Below, piece after piece: positions 36,701 through 45,980 of a DNA stretch of 45,980 bases. Under the pieces are notes generated by a model. That model was not told where the DNA came from. It made no database searches and was given only the letters and a program-made list of their open reading frames with translations. A program made the translations under genes and the position numbers. The first letter of the stretch is position 1, and the number at the start of each line of letters is the position of its first letter. The stretch covers positions 1,512,408 to 1,558,387 of the forward strand of contig JAQGDQ010000011.1 of assembly GCA_030141605.1 (NCBI GenBank), in the 5' to 3' direction. The stretch comes from Tubiluchus corallicola. Its lineage: Eukaryota > Animalia > Priapulida.

Positions 36701-38632
36701 CTGTGTACGATGGTATGGTCTACAAAGGTCAAGGTATTGTAGTTCCGCCAAGCATGAGAAAAAACATGTTGCGTCAAGTGCACAATACTCACATGGGAAT
36801 TGTGAAGTGTAAAAAGAAAGCACGTGATTTGTTGTTTTGGCCAGGCATGTCGGCACAAATTGAAGAATTGATTGGTGACTGTGATTTATGCAACACATAT
36901 CAAAACAATCAAACAAAAGAGCCCTTATGTGCAACTAAGACTCCAGAAGCTCCATGGATGGAGTTAGCGTCTGATTTGTATGAATGGGAGAAAAAGCACT
37001 ACATTGTTACAATGGATTATTATTCAAAATACATTGAAGTAGATCAGTTGGAAGACATGACTAGCTCGTGTGTTATTGATAAGCTGAAGAATCAGATTTG
37101 CAGACATGGAATACCTGAAGTCATAAAAACAGATAATGGACCACAGTATAGTTCTGATGAGTTTGATAAGTTTTGTGAAGAGTATGGTATCAGACATGTG
37201 ACTTCTTTGCCAATGTATCCTCAGTCAAATGGACAGTCAGAAAGAGGAGTGCAAATTGTCAAAAGATTATGGAAGAAATGTGAGGATAAACAGTATGCTC
37301 TGCTTGATTACCGTACTACACCTTTAAGCTGTGGCTTGTCTCCGTGTCAACTACTAATGTCTAGGAGGCTGAGAACTAAAATACCCATATCAGTTGAATT
37401 GCTAAAACCTCAAACCTATGATATGCGAGATATTCAAAGAAAATTTGAAGAAGAAAAGAACAGACAACAGTTCTACTATGACCAGAAAGCTAGCCAGGAC
37501 TTACCAGTTTTAGTTCCTGGAGATCCTGTACGCATGGCTCCCTTTCCTGGAGCTAATAATAACCAGTGGCTTCCGGCTACAGTTATAGCACATCATAATA
37601 CTCCAAGGTCTTATATTGTGGAGTATAATGGCAAGAAGTATCGGCGAAATCGGAAATTCTTACATTTATCTACTTACCAAGCTAACAGGGAAGGAAAACA
37701 ACGTCTTAGTTCCTATTCAACTAGAAGCCATTTGTTTCAGTATGAACTTCCTAAAGCTACTTATATACCTAGGATAAATAATCAAAATTTACCTATACCA
37801 GATGTTTCACCTGATAATTTAGAAGAGAAGTCTAATGGAAATCATGTTGCTGAAGAAATGAAAGTTCCTCAGAATGTGAAGTCCAGAAGTCCTAACCGCA
37901 AAGAATTACCAGAAGAAAAAGTAATTACTACTAGAAGTGGCCGTGTGTCAAAGCCACCAAAAAGATTTGACTATTAACTGCAAGTTACTTATGTTTTCCT
38001 GTTCACAAGTTTAAATTTTGTGCATATTGTATTAGCACTTAACTGATTAAGAAGTCAAGTGGTTGTAGACATTTTCATTTGAATTGTGATTTTACTTGAT
38101 ACATATATAAGCACAAAGTTCTTGTAATTTATTAACTACTGTGAAGTACAAAGTTAAGTTAGCTGTTAAATTGGTTTGTCTAAAAGTTCAATTTGTAACT
38201 GTTTGCAGCAGATGTGCATTCATGATTTGTTTGAGTACTTCTGACAGTTATAGTTAAATGAAAATTAAGTTCATTCCATTGTATTGCTGGAATTGTACTT
38301 TTGTATTCAATATCATAGCTACTATTGAATTGTAAATTAGAAAGTACCATCTATTTTACGCCCTATACTAATCTAAGATTATTCAGCAGTTGAATGTAGT
38401 GAAACTGTGGAAGAAGCTTTGCTGAAGTTTTGTAATTCATACACTTTCGTTTAATGTAGTAGACTTATAAGTTGACATTCTAAATTCCGTTTTGAGGTCA
38501 ATAGGATTGTATCGCTTTGTGAAAAAGGGAGATGTAACATATAGTCATAGATGTAGAACCTTGTACTAAAAGGTTACCCATGTTACTAGCAGACCTCGTG
38601 GTAATAAACACATCATTTATGCATATCTGACA
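33728..38632 (+). mobile_element. Full-length Ty3/Gypsy LTR retrotransposon, Mag-like
   Basis: Identical 100-bp TG...CA LTRs (33728-33827, 38533-38632), CACAT TSD (33723-33727, 38633-38637), PBS TGGTGTCAGAAGTGG (complement of a tRNA-Leu 3' end), PPT gaaaaagggaga (38521-38532). Confidence 0.97.
33912..37977 (+). pseudogene. gag-pol polyprotein (gag, two CCHC knuckles, protease, RT, RNase H, integrase) with two frameshifts
   Basis: CHRCGYGIHFKSQC and CSKCKKKGHFASKC; DTGA protease; VVDAKSGY, LPFG, IMDD in RT; CDAS RNase H; HHCC and TDNGPQY..SNGQSER integrase; frameshifts near 34188 and at the A7 run near 35325. Confidence 0.93.
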
Positions 38633-39698
38633 CACATTGTGTGCTTGTCCCACAGGGTAAACGGTGCAAAACAGATTTCACGTCTAGTACTCACAGTAAA
38701 AAATGGCTCTATTTCGAGAAAACGAAATTTCTTCGCCTTCATTAGCCCTTATAAAACATAAGATTAGATTACATTTCATTGGTGTTGCTTGTGACTTATA
38801 TCACTTGCCATCAGGACTTTCAGCATGCAACATTCGAATGACACTAAAGTATCAGATGATAGGTGACTGTGCAAAATCGTCCACAGTGTGCTAATTTAAT
38901 TATGGAACACCAAAAAGTCAGAATAATCAATTTTCAGATTTTAATTTTTTTCTAATCTAAGACTAATTTGCTATCATGCTGTCCTGTTATTTTATATATT
39001 AGAGAAATTAATAAAAAACTAAACCCTTACCATTTTGGCTGCTTGTAATTATCAATGTTAATAATTTACCTGTTCAAAATAAATTTTATAATACCGAAAG
39101 TGTATAAGTCCATTTAATACCTCAGAAGTTTACAACTTTCTAAATTGTGTACAAAAATTTCTATAGTTGTGACACTAAAGTCAGAAAATGTAGGAATTGT
39201 TTCCCCCAGAATGATAACCTGAAGCATTTGTACAACAATTTACTTAAATAGCAGATTATTTATAAAATGGGCAACAAGCTTCACAAGTTTTTTTCTCATT
39301 TTTATTAGCACTATAGACGAACGCTTTTAATTGTCTTACCTGTTATTAATTATCTTAATAACTTATTAACTTAATAACTTATTAACTGTTGGCAAACGCA
39401 AACACTCCAAAGATACTCTTTAGGTATATTTGTTCATAAGTTATACAAAATTTTTAAAAAGACATGAAAACAAACATAAAACTGCACACGAAAACAAATT
39501 TCAAACTCTCCCGTGATAAAATTTATTACTACAACTTACCTTTAATTAACTGAATGCAAATAACACAGGTAAATAACAAAGGTACTCAAAAATCATCCAA
39601 AATAATACCTGCATACAAACTTCCAGAAAATTATACTTAATAGTGCCCTACCAAACACCATAGCAACCAACACTTTCTTTAATTGCTATGTAAATATA

Positions 39699-40188
39699 CA
39701 GTCTAGTCTAGTTATCTTGCCACTGTCTGTCTAGGGCAAATTTGAGGCGAGTATGGCGAGATAACGGGAATATAACGAAGTTAGTCTATATGTATATACA
39801 TAATAGTTGATTAACATAGTGTTCCTCTATGTACATATAAAATATATTTCGCATTATGATACCAACCAACAACCACAGCACTCCTAATCTAATCCCGGTG
39901 AGACACACACTAGATTAATTATGTCTGTCTATCGAGTACAGCAGCATTGTCTACATACCGCGGTTATATTGATCGACACGCTGTATATGTATTGATCGAT
40001 TCACCTCTGAGTTTGTCTGTTTGGCGACATAACGAATATAGTTTACATAAGCACTCATCCTAGCATGACGTGGCGAGGGTGGCGACTTAACGAGGTAAAT
40101 ATCAAAGCAGGAAATCCGTCCTGGTACATTCTATGGCGAGAGACGAGTTTGGCGGCATTACGAGGGGCGAGATAACGAGGCTAGACTG
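39699..40188. mobile_element. Tc1/mariner (pogo-like) MITE
   Basis: TA|cagtctagtctagttatc...gataacgaggctagactg|TA with internal ggcgagataacg repeats. Confidence 0.82.
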
Positions 40189-40421
40189 TACTAAAAATTG
40201 TAACGCAAACGTTGAAAGCCAATTTCTCCAAATTTTAATTTTAATTTTTTCGCCATCCGCTCAACTACAAATGCCAATATCTTGGCTCAGAAGCAACGTA
40301 CAGAGCTGAAACTGGTACATAACTGATCAGCATGAACAATTGATACCTAGTGCACTATGGATGGTTTTACTATGCACGGTCACAATTATTCCTGAAATGA
40401 CATAGTGACATAAACTGTAAG

Positions 40422-40839
40422 GTTAATGAGTTGTGTTTGTATCAAATCGTACACATTAATCAATTCAGTCTTCAGTTAATGAGTTGTGTTTGTATCAAAT
40501 CGTACACATTAATCAATTCAGTCTTCAGTTAGTGAGTTGTGTCTGTATCAAATCGTACACATTAATCAATTCAGTCTTCAGTTAATGAGTTGTGTTTGTA
40601 TCAAATCGTACACATTAATCAATTCAGTCTTCAGTTAATGAGTTGTGTTTGTATCAAATCGTACACATTAATCAATTCAGTCTTCAGTTAATGAGTTGTG
40701 TCTGTATCAAATCGTACACATTAATCAATTCAGTCTTCAGTTAATGAGTTGTGTTTGTATCAAATCGTACACATTAATCAATTCAGTCTTCAGTTAATGA
40801 GTTGTGTTTGTATCAAATCGTACACATTAATCAATTCAG
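40422..40839. repeat. 53-bp minisatellite, about 8 copies, in the IQ gene 3' UTR
   Basis: Unit gttaatgagttgtgtttgtatcaaatcgtacacattaatcaattcagtcttca. Confidence 0.95.
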
Positions 40840-42916
40840 CCTTCATTTCCCTCAGCTGGTTTCTTATCATTGTCTTTCTGTTCTTTCACTTGCTTTCTAG
40901 TCTGCAAACCTCGAAAACCAGCTTGAATTTTCGTAATTGCCTAAATAAACAAAGAACGATAAGTAAAATAACCTTAGCTACTACGTCACTATAAAAAACA
41001 ATACCAGTTTTTTCTGTACTTTTTTTCAAAATTAAACATTTTGCAAACCATAATTTCCCCAATAAAGTCTGAAAATGACAGGTTTCAATGACATTTTTTG
41101 CATGATTTAAAATTTTTTACAAGTTGCTTGTCTTAACTGAATATGTTTGCAGCTCACTTGGCTTAATTTAATTTATGTTTGCCAGAAGGAATCGTAACCT
41201 AACCCTAACCCTAACCATAACCAAACCCCAAACCCAATTCCGCTTCACGAGCTAATTTCTTGTGTGTCGGGAAATGTAAACTTTAGCCAAATCCCAGAAT
41301 GAAAACAATAGTCAAATGAAACTCAATATTAGTACTGCTTTATTTCCATTTTGTTCTTTACAGTTACCATTTGGCTCTTTTATCAGTGACACTGTAAACA
41401 AAGCTATGCTTCACTACGTTCAATGACACTTGATCAGTTCTTATGTTCAACTGCAGGTCGAATGCATTTGAAGAAAACACTTAATTAACAAGAGCAACGT
41501 GATTCTAAAGTGGCCGATGACAGCTATACTACTTTTGAAAGTACATTTTTCAAGGATGCTTATTTGGCGTGGTTGTGCTGCATTGCTCAATACTAAATGG
41601 CTAAACGATTCAGAGCATCTGTGACTAAAATTTTCCCCCTTGCAACATAGTGAAAATATGGAAAGTGATCTTCGCAAAGCAAAACACAACTCGCATGATG
41701 CTGGAAAGCTTACTGATTGATTGACCAGATGTCAATGGATCTTCGCAATGAACATTTTCTCAATAATTTATGCTATTGCATATTTAAGAACGCATCTAGT
41801 GATTTATTCTTACTACAACTGTAACAAAACACAAAGACGGGAAGTCTGAGGCTTTGTTATTAATACTTATTAATTGATTTTCTTGCACAGTTCTGTGGCT
41901 CCTATATGAGTCTATTGATGTTATTAAATTAGTACAAAGAATTATTTTTATTTCCAAAAGATTTATTAATCTTTTTCAACCTGGTGAAGCCAAGTTTTCT
42001 AGACAGCAGACAAAGCTTATTACTTTGTTACATTATGCACTTATACATGCATTTAGCCAATTGTATAAAATAAGTGCATGCATTTAAGACTTGCACACAC
42101 AAATGAACCACCATTCTACTACAAGTCAGACCTGGCAACTCTCCTCTCAGTTCCTGATTTCCAGTAAGTTTTGGGCAGTATACTCACCTGCAAATTTATG
42201 ACTACAGCAATGTGAACATTTTCACAATATTAAGCAAAATGACATTCAATACAACCTACGTTCACTTCCTGCTCGTCAAATTCCTGTAGATCTGGCAATG
42301 ACTCTTTCTTAGAGGAATCCTCCCCTGGAGGTTCCGTTGCTGAACTTTCAGCGACAGGTTCTGTGGTAGAACTCTCCAGGGTTTCACTTTCAGACATGGC
42401 AGATTCTTTAGTGGCGGAGCTTTCCGAAATGCCCTCTTTACTTGCTCTAACTTCCTTCACTTCTTTCCTTGCTTTCATGCCACGAAATCCCGACTGTATT
42501 TTTACAATTGCCTAGAAAATGTACAAAAATGCAAACAAAATAATTATTCAGCTATTCAGATTCATACTTCTATACTAGTAATAAGCTACACCCGTCAGCT
42601 AATTGAATCAGTCGGTTAATTGGGTCAAAATACTTCCATTCCAAAGTGAATCTATTAAGTGGTGTCTATTGTACATTACCCGATAAATTACATTACATTA
42701 CATTACTGCGATAAATTATGCAGTTCTACTAATTGTTAAAACACATACATCAACTTCTTGATCATCAAATGACTTCAAATCTGGCAGTGACTCTTCTTCA
42801 GCAGCTACGGCTTCGGAAGCAGCAGTTTCCGGGATAAGTTCTTTACTTTTTTTCACTTCTTTCACCTCTTTCCTCGCTTTCATGCCACGGAAACCAGACT
42901 GGATTTTGACAATAGC
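40836..42916 (-). CDS. 3' exons of a multi-IQ-motif acidic calmodulin-binding protein (neurogranin/PEP-19/igloo-like), 5'-partial
   Basis: Phase-0 exons 42749-42916 (AIVKIQSGFRGMKARKEVK...SLPDLKSFDDQEVD), 42260-42511 (same IQ...SLPDLQEFDEQEVN) and terminal 40836-40940 (AITKIQAGFRGLQTRKQVK...EG*), with canonical splice sites. Confidence 0.88.
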
Positions 42917-43054
42917 CTAAAATAGTTTGTCAATAGTCAATTATTACAAACTAAAAACTCTGTTTAGTACTTAATACATTTGTTTAAACATAATAAAAAT
43001 TATGCCATAATACAAAAGCCAGTCATTATAAGCTACAAGTCAACTGAGGCCCGT

Positions 43055-45713
43055 GTCACATAAAGCTGGACATAATGTATAAGGTGTGAGAAGAGAAACA
43101 CATCTCATGATTAAGCAATGGTCACACAGAGCTGGACATAATGTATAAGGTGTGAGAAGAGAAACACATCTCATGACTAAGCAATGGTCACACAGAGCTG
43201 GACATAATGTATAAGGTGTGAGAAGAGAAACACATCTCATGACTAAGCAATGGTCACACAGAGCTTGACATAATGTATAAGGTGTGAGAAGAGAAACACA
43301 TCTCATGACTAAGCAATGGTCACACAGAGCTGGACATAATGTATAAGGTGTGAGAAGAGAAACACATCTCATGACTAAGCAATGGTCACACAGAGCTGGA
43401 CATAATGTATAAGGTGTGAGAAGAGAAACACATCTCATGACTAAGCAATGGTCACACAGAGCTGGACATAATGTATAAGGTGTGAGAAGAGAAACACATC
43501 TCATGACTAAGCAATGGTCACACAGAGCTGGACATGTGTAAGGTGTGAGAAGAGAAACACATCTCATGACTAAGCAATGGTCACACAAAGCTGGACATAA
43601 TGTATAAGGTGTGAGAAGAGAAACACATCTCATGACTAAGCAATGGTCACACAGAGCTGGACATAATGTATAAGGTGTGAGAAGAGAAACACATCTCATG
43701 ACTAAGCAATGGTCACACAGAGCTGGACATGTGTAAGGTGTGAGAAGAGAAACACATCTCATGACTAAGCAATGGTCACACAAAGCTGGACATAATGTAT
43801 AAGGTGTGAGAAGAGAAACACATCTCATGACTAAGCAATGGTCACACAGAGCTGGACATAATGTATAAGGTGTGAGAAGAGAAACACATCTCATGACTAA
43901 GCAATGGTCACACAGAGCTGGACATAATGTATAAGGTGTGAGAAGAGAAACACATCTCATGACTAAGCAATGGTCACACAGAGCTGGACATAATGTATAA
44001 GGTGTGAGAAGAGAAACACATCTCATGACTAAGCAATGGTCACACAGAGCTGGACATAATGTATAAGGTGTGAGAAGAGAAACACATCTCATGACTAAGC
44101 AATGGTCACACAGAGCTGGACATAATGTATAAGGTGTGAGAAGAGAAACACATCTCATGACTAAGCAATGGTCACACAGAGCTGGACATAATGTATAAGG
44201 TGTGAGAAGAGAAACACATCTCATGACTAAGCAATGGTCACACAGAGCTGGACATAATGTATAAGGTGTGAGAAGAGAAACACATCTCATGACTAAGCAA
44301 TGGTCACACAGAGCTGGACATAATGTATAAGGTGTGAGAAGAGAAACACATCTCATGACTAAGCAATGGTCACACAGAGCTGGACATAATGTATAAGGTG
44401 TGAGAAGAGAAACACATCTCATGACTAAGCAATGGTCACACAGAGCTGGACATAATGTATAAGGTGTGAGAAGAGAAACACATCTCATGACTAAGCAATG
44501 GTCACACAGAGCTGGACATAATGTATAAGGTGTGAGAAGAGAAACACATCTCATGACTAAGCAATGGTCACACAGAGCTGGACATAATGTATAAGGTGTG
44601 AGAAGAGAAACACATCTCATGACTAAGCAATGGTCACACAGAGCTGGACATAATGTATAAGGTGTGAGAAGAGAAACACATCTCATGACTAAGCAATGGT
44701 CACACAGAGCTGGACATAATGTATAAGGTGTGAGAAGAGAAACACATCTCATGACTAAGCAATGGTCACACAGAGCTGGACATAATGTATAAGGTGTGAG
44801 AAGAGAAACACATCTCATGACTAAGCAATGGTCACACAGAGCTGGACACAATGTATAAGGTGTGAGAAGAGAAACACATCTCATGATTAAGCAATGGTCA
44901 CACAGAGCTGGACACAATGTATAAGGTGTGAGAAGAGAAACACATCTCATGACTAAGCAATGGTCACACAGAGCTGGACATAATGTATAAGGTGTGAGAA
45001 GAGAAACACATCTCATGACTAAGCAATGGTCACACAGACACAAAAACACACAAGCTGGACATAATGTATAAGGTGTGAGAAGAGAAACACATCTCATGAC
45101 TAAGCAATGGTCACACAGAGCTGGACATAATGTATAAGGTGTGAGAAGAGAAACACATCTCATGACTAAGCAATGGTCACACAGAGCTGGACATAATGTA
45201 TAAGGTGTGAGAAGAGAAACACATCTCATGACTAAGCAATGGTCACACAGAGCTGGACATAATGTATAAGGTGTGAGAAGAGAAACACATCTCATGACTA
45301 AGCAATGGTCACACAGAGCTGGACATAATGTATAAGGTGTGAGAAGAGAAACACATCTCATGACTAAGCAATGGTCACACAGAGCTGGACATAATGTATA
45401 AGGTGTGAGAAGAGAAACACATCTCATGACTAAGCAATGGTCACACAGAGCTGGACACAATGTATAAGGTGTGAGAAGAGAAACACATCTCATGACTAAG
45501 CAATGGTCACACAGAGCTGGACATAATGTATAAGGTGTGAGAAGAGAAACACATCTCATGACTAAACAATGGTCACACAGAGCTTGACATAATGTATAAG
45601 GTGTGAGAAGAGAAACACATCTCATGACTAAACAATGGTCACACAGAGCTTGACATAATGTATAAGGTGTGAGAAGAGAAACACATCTCATGACTAAGTA
45701 ATGGTCACACAGA
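43055..45713. repeat. 66-bp highly homogeneous minisatellite, about 40 copies
   Basis: Unit gagctggacataatgtataaggtgtgagaagagaaacacatctcatgactaagcaatggtcacaca; probably intronic to the IQ gene. Confidence 0.97.
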
Positions 45714-45980
45714 TAATCCATTTACCATCTTCCTCCTACTGTGGTTTGCCTATCAAAAGCCGTCAGTCATAATCCATTGTGTACAGGCTCTTCAAAAGCC
45801 ATTTTGAGCAGTTCATAAGGCGGCTTATTGCGAAATCAACTTGGTCATTAATTTCATTTGCCATTGGTTCATTGCTAACGTGCGATAATTAACATGTTTG
45901 TGGTTTCTACAGTGCACAATTCATTCGCATAATAAGATATTCATAACACAAGAAACATAAAACTTATGAATTCATAAACA

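Noticed and set aside
33894-36934. Minus-strand and alternate-frame ORFs within the Gypsy element
   Set aside because: Shadow ORFs of gag-pol with no recognisable motifs.
41197-41235. Interstitial telomere (CCCTAA)n
   Set aside because: Only two to three perfect units; such short runs are common in invertebrate repeats.
43040-45721. 893-aa ORF annotated as a CDS
   Set aside because: Explained by a stop-free 66-bp unit with almost no synonymous divergence; kept only as a low-interest finding.

Overview
AT-rich eukaryotic (invertebrate metazoan-type) genomic DNA with GT-AG introns; many ORF-track entries are exon fragments or repeat artefacts. From left to right: (1) a minus-strand gene with 12 hand-traced exons (19382 to 1120, continuing off the left edge) encoding signal peptide + 5 WSC + at least 3 FN3 domains, its introns filled with MITEs, a SINE, LINE tails and minisatellites; (2) a compact minus-strand cluster of intronless AAR2 (one frameshift), a damaged LENG1 5' fragment starting 122 nt after the AAR2 stop behind an apparently unpaired splice acceptor (operon-like), and a possible decayed secreted-protein gene; (3) a 4.1-kb rDNA mosaic (18S 3' end / 28S piece / 109-bp x~23 and 176-bp x~5 arrays / GC-rich ETS-like segment / 18S 5' piece / partial 109-bp unit) that follows rDNA order but lacks almost all coding sequence; (4) a full-length Mag-like Ty3/Gypsy element with identical 100-bp LTRs, a 5-bp TSD and two frameshifts; (5) the 3' exons of a modular IQ-motif (neurogranin/PEP-19-like) gene and a 66-bp minisatellite. 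All coordinates and family assignments were made by eye without database searches.
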